DNA of 64,000 bases. Origin: an uncultured Planctomycetaceae bacterium (GTDB taxonomy: Bacteria > Planctomycetota > Planctomycetia > Planctomycetales > Planctomycetaceae). The notes under the pieces were generated by a model, which was not told the origin of the DNA, ran no database searches, and was given only the letters and a program-made list of their open reading frames with translations. Both the position numbers and the translations under genes were made by a program. Of this stretch, positions 30,652 through 39,455 are shown piece by piece. The stretch is taken from contig CAXBME010000011.1 in assembly GCA_963976765.1 (NCBI GenBank), forward strand, positions 1-64,000, in the 5' to 3' direction. Numbering within the stretch: the stretch's first letter is position 1; each line of letters opens with the position of its first letter.

Positions 30652-31206
30652 ATGAAAAAGTTCATCGCGATTGTGACCTTGATTCTGACTACGGTTGGCT
30701 TGACCGTGCTTGCCACGAACGGCTCGACCGTTGCCGATGAAACTTCGACCGTCGAGTTCACTCGCGGGGCGATTGATTTCGGCATCGTCTGCAGCGACGT
30801 GACGAAGTCGGTCTCGTTTTACAAAGACGTCGTCGGCATGAAAGAACTGGACGGCTTCGACGTGCCGGCGAGTCTGGCAGCAGACGCAGGTCTCGTCGAC
30901 AACCACGATCTGCATATCCACGTGCTGGTCACTCAGGAAGCATCCAGTTCGACTCGTTTGAAGCTGATGCAGATCAAAGAGGCGCCCGGCAAAAAGGTCG
31001 ACCACGAATTTATTCACTCGTCGCTGGGAATGAGCTATTCAACGATCTGGGTTGCCGACATCGACGCGTCACTTGCCCGAGCGGCTGCCGGCAATGTCAA
31101 GCCGATTGCCAAAGGCCCGGTCGCATTGCCAAACGGAATGTTTCTGGCCGTGATCCGGGATCCTGACGGCAACTTCGTCGAACTCGTCGGCCCCAAGCGC
31201 AAATAG
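30652..31206 (+). CDS. exported VOC/glyoxalase-family protein
   Basis: Signal peptide MKKFIAIV..., 'GIVCSDVTKSVSFYKDVVGM', 'IRDPDGNFVELV'. Confidence 0.85.
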   Translation: MKKFIAIVTLILTTVGLTVLATNGSTVADETSTVEFTRGAIDFGIVCSDVTKSVSFYKDVVGMKELDGFDVPASLAADAGLVDNHDLHIHVLVTQEASSSTRLKLMQIKEAPGKKVDHEFIHSSLGMSYSTIWVADIDASLARAAAGNVKPIAKGPVALPNGMFLAVIRDPDGNFVELVGPKRK

Positions 31207-31261
31207 CTGCGTTGGACGATACGCGACGCTGGTGCATGAAGTCCGGCCTCGGAAGGACGTG

Positions 31262-32902
31262 ATGAACCGACGCGAACTACTGGCGTCCTTTCTGGGGATG
31301 CCGTTTGTACTGTCTTCGGGCTGCGGTTTGTCGACACCTCGACTGCCAGCCGAAGGTGAATTCGTTGGGACGTCGCACGAAGCCGGCCACAGACTGCGGG
31401 ACGGTTTTCGTCCGGAACCGGCAGTCGAAGCCTGGTCAACGACAGACGTTGTCATTGTGGGCGGAGGCGTTGCGGGTCTGAGCGCCGCTCGACGGTTGAA
31501 GCAGGCCGGCGTCGACTTCGTACTGCTCGAACTGGAACCCGAAGTCGGCGGCACGGCGGTCAGTGGAGAATCGCCGGTCATCGCGTACCCGTGGGCCGCT
31601 CATTACCTGCCCGTCCCGCTGCCGCACAACGTCGAGCTGATTGACCTGCTCGACGAAATGGGCCTGCTGGAAGGTCGCACGGACGATGGAGCACCGGTCG
31701 TCGCGGAGCAGTTTCTTTGCCGCGATCCTCAGGAACGCCTCTTCATCGACGGCAAGTGGCAGGAGGGCCTGTTTCCCTGGGACCAGGCAACTGACGACGA
31801 CATCACCCAGCTCGAAGCCTTCCAGGCAGAGATTGACCGATGGGTCGCGTGGCGAGACGACACCGGCCAACGAGCATTCTCAATCCCCGTCGCCGAGTGC
31901 TCAAACGACACCGAAGTAATGGCCCTCGACAGGCAATCCATGCAGCAATGGATGACGGACCACGGTTGGAATTCCAAACATCTTCGGTGGTACGTCGACT
32001 ACGCCTGCCGCGACGACTACGGCTTGACGATTGAGCAGACCAGCGCCTGGGCGGGGATCTTTTACTTTGCCGCGCGAGTCAGCAAACCGGGCGCCGAATC
32101 ACAATCTTTCATCACGTGGCCCGAGGGCAACGGTCGTCTGGTCGCTCATCTGCGTGAATTCGTTGCCGATCACATTCTGACCGGCCATGCAGTGTCGCAG
32201 GTGCTTCCCGCTGCAAACGACGAAGACGATGCTCCACAAACGGCAATGGCCAGCGTCGTCGCGTTTCGTACGTCGAAAGATGCTCAGCCGGAAGTACGCG
32301 GCTGGAAGGCTCGATACGTCATCTTCGCAGCGCCGCCGTTTCTGACGCCGCATCTGGTTTCCGGCTATCGTGAATCCGGCCCGGCCAGCATCAGGGAGTT
32401 TGAATTCGGCAGCTGGCTGGTCGCGAATCTGCATCTGAATGACCGACCGCCGAACAACGGATTCACCATGAGCTGGGATAATGTGATTTACGACAGCCCT
32501 TCGCTGGGCTACGTCACGGCGACTCACCAGCGAGGTCTCGATCGAGGCCCGACAGTCCTGACCTATTACTACCCGCTTTGTGATGCCTCGCCCAAAGTTG
32601 CCCGCGAGCGACTGCTCAGCCTGTCCTGGGAAGAATGGGCGGACGTCGTGCTTTCGGATCTGGAACGAGCCCACCCGGAAATTCGCCGCCTGACTCGCCG
32701 ACTTGACATCATGAGGTGGGGGCACGCAATGATCCGCCCGATCCCCGGCTTCATCAGGGGAACCGCCCGCGCTGAATGCTCTCGACCATTCAGTAACGTT
32801 CATTTTGCACACAGCGCCCTGAGTGGAATTCCGCTCTTCGAAGAAGCCTTCTACCACGGCAACCGAGCCGCGTCCGAGATTCTGGAATCGCTCAATGCCT
32901 GA
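31262..32902 (+). CDS. Tat-exported FAD-dependent oxidoreductase (amine oxidase-like), possible lipoprotein
   Basis: MNRRELL signal with LSSGC lipobox, GxGxxG (VGGGVAGL), 'WAAHYLP', 'DYACRDDYG', 'RWGHAM', 'LFEEAFYHG'. Confidence 0.85.
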   Translation: MNRRELLASFLGMPFVLSSGCGLSTPRLPAEGEFVGTSHEAGHRLRDGFRPEPAVEAWSTTDVVIVGGGVAGLSAARRLKQAGVDFVLLELEPEVGGTAVSGESPVIAYPWAAHYLPVPLPHNVELIDLLDEMGLLEGRTDDGAPVVAEQFLCRDPQERLFIDGKWQEGLFPWDQATDDDITQLEAFQAEIDRWVAWRDDTGQRAFSIPVAECSNDTEVMALDRQSMQQWMTDHGWNSKHLRWYVDYACRDDYGLTIEQTSAWAGIFYFAARVSKPGAESQSFITWPEGNGRLVAHLREFVADHILTGHAVSQVLPAANDEDDAPQTAMASVVAFRTSKDAQPEVRGWKARYVIFAAPPFLTPHLVSGYRESGPASIREFEFGSWLVANLHLNDRPPNNGFTMSWDNVIYDSPSLGYVTATHQRGLDRGPTVLTYYYPLCDASPKVARERLLSLSWEEWADVVLSDLERAHPEIRRLTRRLDIMRWGHAMIRPIPGFIRGTARAECSRPFSNVHFAHSALSGIPLFEEAFYHGNRAASEILESLNA

Positions 32903-33689
32903 GCATGACCTGCCAGACAACCCGCAGTCACCGGAAACGGTACTGCTGATGGTTGAACCAGCCGCTCGCTCCGGCTCGTGGAACATGGCCACGGACGAGT
33001 ACCTTCTCGAAGCGGCGCTTTCACTGCGGCTCAAAGCCGTCCGCATGTACCGGTGGGCGGAGCCGACTGTTTCGCTCGGCTACTTTCAGGACTCAGATGA
33101 CGCCGCTCTTTCCACGACATTCCAGAATCTCGCGGCCGTCAGACGACTTTCCGGCGGCGGAGCAATTCTCCATCACCACGAATTAACTTACTCATTCGTT
33201 CTTCCGGCCAATGATCCTCTAACCCGCGAACCGACGGAACTCTACAGCCAGGTCCACAACGCCATCATCGCTGTCCTGAGAACCTTCGGCGCGGAGTGTT
33301 CGATGCGGGGCGAAGACGACGCGAAGCCGGACGAACCGTTCCTCTGTTTCATCCGAGGTGACCGGCACGACATTCATTGCGGCGGTCACAAGGTTGTCGG
33401 CAGTGCTCAGCGACGGCGCAAAGGAGCGGTTCTTCAGCACGGAAGTATCCTGCTGGAACATTCGCCGCACGCACCACAGATTCCGGGACTGCGGGATCTG
33501 GCCGAGAATTTCAAACTGAAGTCCTCAACGCCCGACCAAATCAAAAACCTCGAAACCGCTCTCGGGCAGGCTATCGCCGAAGCGCTCGGTACAGTTCGCC
33601 AGCTTTCCGGATGGCCAGACGCCGCAGCCGATCGCATCGCCGAACTGGAAGTCGCGAGCTATCGTTCCCTCGATCGACCCCGCAAGTAA
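32895..33689 (+). CDS. lipoate-protein ligase/octanoyltransferase (LplA/LipM-like catalytic domain)
   Basis: 'NMATDE', 'PTVSLGYFQ', 'RRLSGGGAILHH.ELTYS', 'KVVGSAQRR', 'LQHGSILL'. Overlaps the upstream gene by 8 bp. Confidence 0.9.
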   Translation: MPEHDLPDNPQSPETVLLMVEPAARSGSWNMATDEYLLEAALSLRLKAVRMYRWAEPTVSLGYFQDSDDAALSTTFQNLAAVRRLSGGGAILHHHELTYSFVLPANDPLTREPTELYSQVHNAIIAVLRTFGAECSMRGEDDAKPDEPFLCFIRGDRHDIHCGGHKVVGSAQRRRKGAVLQHGSILLEHSPHAPQIPGLRDLAENFKLKSSTPDQIKNLETALGQAIAEALGTVRQLSGWPDAAADRIAELEVASYRSLDRPRK

Positions 33690-33735
33690 TCTTGCACTCA
33701 CGCCCTTGCGCCCATCCTGAGAATCCAGTCGCCAC

Positions 33736-34437
33736 GTGAAACTTTCCGTCATCATCCCCACCCTAAACGAAGCCGAGTCAATTCAACGAGCGATCGAAAC
33801 ATCGCTCGCTTTGTCGTCTCACGAGATCATCGTTGCGGACGGCGGCAGTTCGGACGAGACCGTGGCCATTGCACAGAAGCTGGACTGTCGAGTCGTCGAA
33901 TGTTCGCGCGGGCGAGCGGCGCAGCAGAATGCCGGAGCTGCCGCTTCCACTGGTGACGTTCTGCTTTTCCTTCATGCGGACGCGTGGCTGGTTCCCGAGG
34001 CAAGGCAGCAGATAGAACGAACGCTGGCGTCGCCTGGAATTCCCGGAGGCGCGTTTCAACATCGTATCGATGCGAAAGGGCTGCTGTTTCGGCTCGTGGA
34101 AGCCGGCGACGCACTCAGGGTCTGTTCCACTCGTATCGCGTACGGAGACCAGGGAATCTTCCTTCGACGCGAGGTCTTCGAAGTTCTTGGCGGATTCCCG
34201 AACGTTCGACTAATGGAAGATGTGCGGCTGATGAAGTCGTTGCGTGAGTACGGGCGGCTGGCTCTGCTGCCGGGGCCCCTGCATGTCAGCGCGCGGCGGT
34301 GGAAAAAGCACGGAGCCGTCCGGCAGACGCTCAGAAACTGGTGCCTGCTGACCGCCGAGCATCTCGGCGTCCACCCCGATCGGCTCGCGAGTTTGTACAT
34401 ACCACACAGCGCCCCGGCGAAATCATCGCGTAAATAG
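33736..34437 (+). CDS. GT2 glycosyltransferase, TIGR04283-like
   Basis: 'SVIIPTLNEA', 'ADGGSSDET', 'GRAAQQNAGA', 'LFLHAD', 'YGDQGIF', 'LMEDV', 'SARRW'. Confidence 0.88.
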   Translation: MKLSVIIPTLNEAESIQRAIETSLALSSHEIIVADGGSSDETVAIAQKLDCRVVECSRGRAAQQNAGAAASTGDVLLFLHADAWLVPEARQQIERTLASPGIPGGAFQHRIDAKGLLFRLVEAGDALRVCSTRIAYGDQGIFLRREVFEVLGGFPNVRLMEDVRLMKSLREYGRLALLPGPLHVSARRWKKHGAVRQTLRNWCLLTAEHLGVHPDRLASLYIPHSAPAKSSRK

Positions 34438-34583
34438 TGCCGATTCTGCGTTTTTTTCCTGGCGATTCGGATCTCGGGGTTATTCCGACTGGAGAATCTG
34501 CCGATCAGAAAGATAGCCATTTTGTGGCCGAGTCTGCGCCGTTCGTGCGGCTCGAATCGAAGACCGGACACCGGAGCGATGCA

Positions 34584-36491
34584 ATGTTTCTGAGATGGCT
34601 GGATGACTCACCCCGAGACATGATTGGGATGTCGGCCTCTCGCAAACGGCGACGCGCAAGCCTGTTTACGGGCTTGGCGGTGACTGCACTGAGCTGCGCT
34701 GTGGTTTCTGCCCAGGACGGCGCCCACCTGCCTGCCGATTTTCAGAATCAACGTGCCAACTCAGCCTCACTCATTCCGATAAATTATTCTGTCGGAGCAA
34801 CTCAGCCCGCTGCGGTGCCACCAGTTCCGGGGACGTCGACTCCAAACATCCACGACACAGCGCCCCATCCTACGGACGGTGTCGAAGTTCACCTCGATCA
34901 TGCCGTTCACGACAACCACGACGCTCTTGAACATCTTCATCTGAACGACCACGACGACGGGCATGGAACGTCGCATGGGGGACACGGCGGCAGTCACGGT
35001 GGACATGGCGACGCGGGACACGGCAGCAGCCATCACCTCGAAATCCCACCGATGATCGGCAGTTTCTCGCGAGGCCCTGGCCGCGGTCGACTCATGTTTC
35101 CCATCGATCGACTGATCGTCGTACCGCAGGATAACGCCCTGGGAGCACTCGGAGCCGGAAACGCTCCGGTAACTTTCAGCGGAGCCGGGCCGGTCAACAT
35201 CAACCGCCCAGGAACGGTTTCGACGATCGGCGGCCTGCAAACTCTGTTTCGACAGCAACTTCGACTCCCGCCGCAGAACGTCGTCGGAACAATCGCCGAC
35301 ACCGCAACATTCACAACCACTCAGACACTCGATGAAGTGAACGCCGCCTTCGCGGCCACGCTGCAACCGTACGATGTCGTCGGGGTTCAAGCGCCGCCTG
35401 GCACGTACAACACCGCTGTCGACATTGCCTTTCAAGCGGCCAACACCGTTAACGGTCAGACAGTTTTTGACCCAACGACCAGTGGAGTCATCCGGTCTGG
35501 ACGCACGGAGTCCGTTGCTCCACTGAATCAACCACTCGGGGCGGGACAAATGCTGGACGCTTTTTACGCGTTCGACTACGTCGTCAACGTGCCGATCCCC
35601 AGCCCCAGCGCCGACGGACTGCTCGGTCGATCCAGTGTTGGCGCCAATTCAAGTGCCGTCCCGACTGACAGGCTGTACTTCGACTACTCCCTCATCAAAA
35701 ATGGAGTGCCGTTCAACCGGTCCGAGAACTTTGACCGCTACACAATCGGCATCGAGAAAACGATTGGCGAAGGAGACTTCTCACTCGAAGTCCGGCTCCC
35801 GTTTGCCGCGTCGATGGATCATCAACTGATCCTGGAAAATGGTCGTGGAGCAGCACAAACGGAAACCGGCAATGCGCTGGTCATCCTCAAGCATGAACTC
35901 GCTTCGAACGAAAACATGGTCATCTCAGGCGGGCTTGGCCTGTCACTTCCGACCGGCAGTGATGTCGAGGTCAATTCAGCAGCCGGCAAACGACTGCTGC
36001 GACTCGTCAACGAAGCCGTCAAGATGAAACCGTTCCTGGCCATGGCGTTCGTCCCGGACGAGCACTTTTTCATGCAAAGCTTCATCGAGTATGACCTGCC
36101 GGCTGGCCGCAACGGGGCAGAAGTCAACCTCGACGGAATGGGGCTGCAACAGGTCGGACGAATCCGCGACGCCTCGCACCTTCTCTGGGACGTCTCTGCC
36201 GGTTACTGGTCCGACATCGACGACGAAAGCATGATCCGGCGCTGGGCTCCGGTCATGGAGTTCCACTTTGACAAGGGTTTCAGCGACGGATCGCAGGTAC
36301 GCGGCAACAGCTACCGGCTGTTCGACATCTCGCAGGACCGCGAAGTGGCCAACATCCTCGCCGGAGTCACCCTTGACCTTCACGAAGGTCGATATTTCTC
36401 GTTCGGATACGGAACCGGAGTCGGCGGAAACAGCAGCTCGTCGGACGGCGAATTCCGAGCCACTCTCAACTGGCCGTTCGACTTCAAGTAG
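34584..36491 (+). CDS. exported planctomycete protein with His-rich segment and putative C-terminal beta-barrel
   Basis: Signal-like segment ending VVSAQ, His/Gly-rich stretch, amphipathic beta-strand pattern (DRLYFDY, DRYTIGIEK, SLEVRLPF, EFRATLNWPF). Start uncertain (34584-34629). Confidence 0.7.
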   Translation: MFLRWLDDSPRDMIGMSASRKRRRASLFTGLAVTALSCAVVSAQDGAHLPADFQNQRANSASLIPINYSVGATQPAAVPPVPGTSTPNIHDTAPHPTDGVEVHLDHAVHDNHDALEHLHLNDHDDGHGTSHGGHGGSHGGHGDAGHGSSHHLEIPPMIGSFSRGPGRGRLMFPIDRLIVVPQDNALGALGAGNAPVTFSGAGPVNINRPGTVSTIGGLQTLFRQQLRLPPQNVVGTIADTATFTTTQTLDEVNAAFAATLQPYDVVGVQAPPGTYNTAVDIAFQAANTVNGQTVFDPTTSGVIRSGRTESVAPLNQPLGAGQMLDAFYAFDYVVNVPIPSPSADGLLGRSSVGANSSAVPTDRLYFDYSLIKNGVPFNRSENFDRYTIGIEKTIGEGDFSLEVRLPFAASMDHQLILENGRGAAQTETGNALVILKHELASNENMVISGGLGLSLPTGSDVEVNSAAGKRLLRLVNEAVKMKPFLAMAFVPDEHFFMQSFIEYDLPAGRNGAEVNLDGMGLQQVGRIRDASHLLWDVSAGYWSDIDDESMIRRWAPVMEFHFDKGFSDGSQVRGNSYRLFDISQDREVANILAGVTLDLHEGRYFSFGYGTGVGGNSSSSDGEFRATLNWPFDFK

Positions 36492-36625
36492 AGCCAACTC
36501 TGCTCGACTGGCGTCATACTGACCGGCTTTTCATTGGCCTGACCGGCCATGACGGGTCACTTCAAACGACGGTTGCGGGCGTCATCAGCATCGCACACGG
36601 AACGAGCCAATCCACAGCAGCACAC

Positions 36626-37648
36626 TCAGGACGAGCGGCCACGCTGACGCAGGCGCTCACTGATATCCTGCAACCGGCGTTTTTCGGAGGCAGTCAAAGC
36701 GCTGTCGCCGTGCTGATGAAGCTTTTCCAGAAGCTGGTCGAGCTGCCGCTCCATGTCGCGGTCTTCTTCTTCCTGCTTCAGCCGTTTCTCTTCTTCACGC
36801 TGCGCCCGCCAGCGAGCCAGCACTCCGGGACGATCGTCGTCTTCCGCCGGGTAATCGCCGGGGCCAGATTGTTCAAGACTCGTGTAGCCTTGCGAGAAGT
36901 CGTACCCCATGAACGATTCCTCGCCGTGGTCCTGGCTCTGCATCTGAAATGACTCGACCAGATTCATGGGAATAATCAGAGCCCCTGCTGCCATGACCCA
37001 CGTATTGTCGAACATCAACCCGCTCACCAGCATCACAACCCCGACCACGGCTCCCGCCCGCAGATACCAGGATCGAGCCACGTCAGAATTCAGCCGTGCG
37101 CTCAGAATTAGCTGAAGCATCCGGCCGCCATCCAGCGGATGCACGGGCACCAGGTTGATCAGCAGCAACAACCAGTTCGCCTTAAAAAGCATCAACCCTA
37201 GGGTCGGAACAACGACCGACGGACCGCCAGCCATCGAAACCTCAGGAAACTCAAACGGGTTAAACCACTGAGCCGCGTTCGCCGAATTCAACACCTGAAC
37301 AAGAGCGATCAGACAAAAACCGATGTTGACCAGCGGTCCCCCGGCAACGGTCCAGAATTTCGACTGGAAGGTCGGGGCGGGATAACAGAACGCCAGGCCG
37401 CCCATCGGAGTCAGCAGAATTTCGTCGCCATCGCCGCCAGTCACCCGCGCGGCAAGCACATGGCCGAACTCGTGAGCGACGACGCTGATAAACAGGACCA
37501 GCGCAAACGATAGCCCGACCGCCGGAGTCCCAAGCCGATAGCACAACGCCAGCGCCAGCAGCGGAAAGAAGATGCTCATTCGCACGCGAACGGCAAACCA
37601 GCTTCCCAGCGGAAGAGACCAGAAGGCAACGCTTCGATCAGAATTCAT
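36626..37648 (-). CDS. site-2 protease (peptidase M50) with C-terminal helical tail
   Basis: HEFGH, 'AGGPLVN', 'NLVPVHPLDGG'; tail 'LDQLLEKLHQHGDSALTASEKRRL'. Confidence 0.9.
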   Translation of the reverse strand: MNSDRSVAFWSLPLGSWFAVRVRMSIFFPLLALALCYRLGTPAVGLSFALVLFISVVAHEFGHVLAARVTGGDGDEILLTPMGGLAFCYPAPTFQSKFWTVAGGPLVNIGFCLIALVQVLNSANAAQWFNPFEFPEVSMAGGPSVVVPTLGLMLFKANWLLLLINLVPVHPLDGGRMLQLILSARLNSDVARSWYLRAGAVVGVVMLVSGLMFDNTWVMAAGALIIPMNLVESFQMQSQDHGEESFMGYDFSQGYTSLEQSGPGDYPAEDDDRPGVLARWRAQREEEKRLKQEEEDRDMERQLDQLLEKLHQHGDSALTASEKRRLQDISERLRQRGRSS

Positions 37649-37993
37649 GCAATAACCCGACTGGCCATGCCCAAACGAAAACACTCCAAAGCAACGCCCT
37701 TGAACCCGCGTCACAGTTCCACAGATTCAAGCTCCGCACAGTACGCCTGAATCTGACAAAAGGCCAGCGATTCTACTCGCCGAATTCGAGGAACCGCAAA
37801 CTGGCCGCGGCACTCTGCACCTCACTTCATGAGAATGCCCAGTCGTCGAAAGAGAACGATCCTCTCGACACACGACTGGTACATCCTTGAGAGCAAATGG
37901 CGGGTGTCCTGACCGTCGGGAACACGACATCCGAAAACAAGCTACTGGAACTCAATCCGGCCGCCAGAACCTTCGCAATCGTTAAATTCTGCT

Positions 37994-38021
37994 TAAGTCG
38001 AGTGTTCCGCTAAGCCGATAA
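37994..38021 (+). promoter_or_regulatory. candidate sigma-28/FliA-type promoter
   Basis: TAAG-N16-GCCGATAA upstream of the 38098 ORF. The -10 element matches the FliA consensus exactly. Confidence 0.5.
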
Positions 38022-38097
38022 ACGACAACAACTACACAGATTTCAGGCGAATCCAAAACCAGAACCCAAGTGTATTTAACAACGAATTCTACAGGAA

Positions 38098-39240
38098 TTG
38101 TTCATGCTGGCTGCCTTTCGCGAAAATTCCGAGAGCAACCTGGCGGGAGCCTCAGAGCACCCGCCAACACGCCTCGCGTCGGCAGCTGCCCTGAAATGCT
38201 TCATTCTTGCAGTCGTCTCGGGCAGCGCGGTTAACCTGACAGCCGAAGAAGACATTGCAGCGAAGTCTCCTCCAGCAGTATCTGAAAGCCAGAAACCAAC
38301 CCGCACAACAGCTCTGCCAGTTTTGCCCCAACATCTGCTTTCCGGCAGACCGTTGCTGGACTGGGGCAGTCGATTTCCGATTTCACCACCGAAAATTCAG
38401 TTGATCGGAGCCACCCAGGAATCGCCATCTTCTGCGGCGTTAGACAGCCCCATCGACGAAACCAGGCTGCTCCTTCAACAACTTGGCGAACTCGAATCCC
38501 TGTCGACAGTCGAACCTCCCGCTGGCGAAAGTTCTGACATCCGCAACCTTGACACCGTCCAGCCTACTGACACCAACCAGACACCGACGTCGTCCGCTCC
38601 ACCGCTGATGATTCCGAGACTGATTGACCGTCCGGACGAAATCGACGATCAAAACGTCGGCCCGATCCCAACGCGGCCAGCCAAAGCGATCACAACGACG
38701 ATACCTGTGATCCCGGAAACTGATGCGGAGCTGCTGCCTCCCGGTATTTCCAGAAAGACGACTGACAGTAAGCCGTCCGACGCCGTTCAAGCTGAAGGCA
38801 CGCCACCCAGTATCTACGAAGCAACGCCTCGGTTGTTGACACAGTCAGACGCCCCGGCGGCTGCCAGCTCTGAACAGCAAACCGGATTAGCAAGCGTCTG
38901 GGAACTGGCAGCCGCGCAGCTCGTATCAACGTTTCTCGGCGTCATGCTCGCTGTTGGCCTCTTTCTGCTGATCCGTGCTGCGGCTGGGAAATTCTTTGGA
39001 ACTCAGCTGGGTGTCACCTTTCAATTCGGTTCTGCGAAGAAAGCTTCGACCCTATCAAAAACGGACGACGAGTCGGCGCATGTTGTGCCGTTTGGCAGTC
39101 AGAACTCGCTCGACGTTTCAGGCAATACTGGCGAACCGTCGCAGGAACCCGGACGGGTTGCCGGAGTCTCCAGTCAGGAACCAGGCAAACCTCAAAGCGA
39201 GGAATCCCCAGCCAGCGTGCCACTGCGCCGCGCGGCCTGA
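38098..39240 (+). CDS. P/S/T-rich hypothetical protein with one TM helix near the C-terminus
   Basis: 380-aa ORF, signal-like segment near residues 28-48, TM 'LVSTFLGVMLAVGLFLLI'. Start uncertain. Confidence 0.6.
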   Translation: MFMLAAFRENSESNLAGASEHPPTRLASAAALKCFILAVVSGSAVNLTAEEDIAAKSPPAVSESQKPTRTTALPVLPQHLLSGRPLLDWGSRFPISPPKIQLIGATQESPSSAALDSPIDETRLLLQQLGELESLSTVEPPAGESSDIRNLDTVQPTDTNQTPTSSAPPLMIPRLIDRPDEIDDQNVGPIPTRPAKAITTTIPVIPETDAELLPPGISRKTTDSKPSDAVQAEGTPPSIYEATPRLLTQSDAPAAASSEQQTGLASVWELAAAQLVSTFLGVMLAVGLFLLIRAAAGKFFGTQLGVTFQFGSAKKASTLSKTDDESAHVVPFGSQNSLDVSGNTGEPSQEPGRVAGVSSQEPGKPQSEESPASVPLRRAA

Positions 39241-39455
39241 TAATTCAGCGTCACAACACACAACTGAAGACGGGCGGCGATCGGAATTGCAGGCGGCTGG
39301 GAACATTCTCCAGCTGCCTGCACCGATCACGGCCAGCCTGCTGATCTCCTTGATCGGTAAGCCTCCCACTTCCCTTCCGACAATGCTCTACGCATCACCT
39401 CTCTCGGCGACACCTTCCCACCTCGTCGCAAACAGTCCCATCGGACACATCCATC

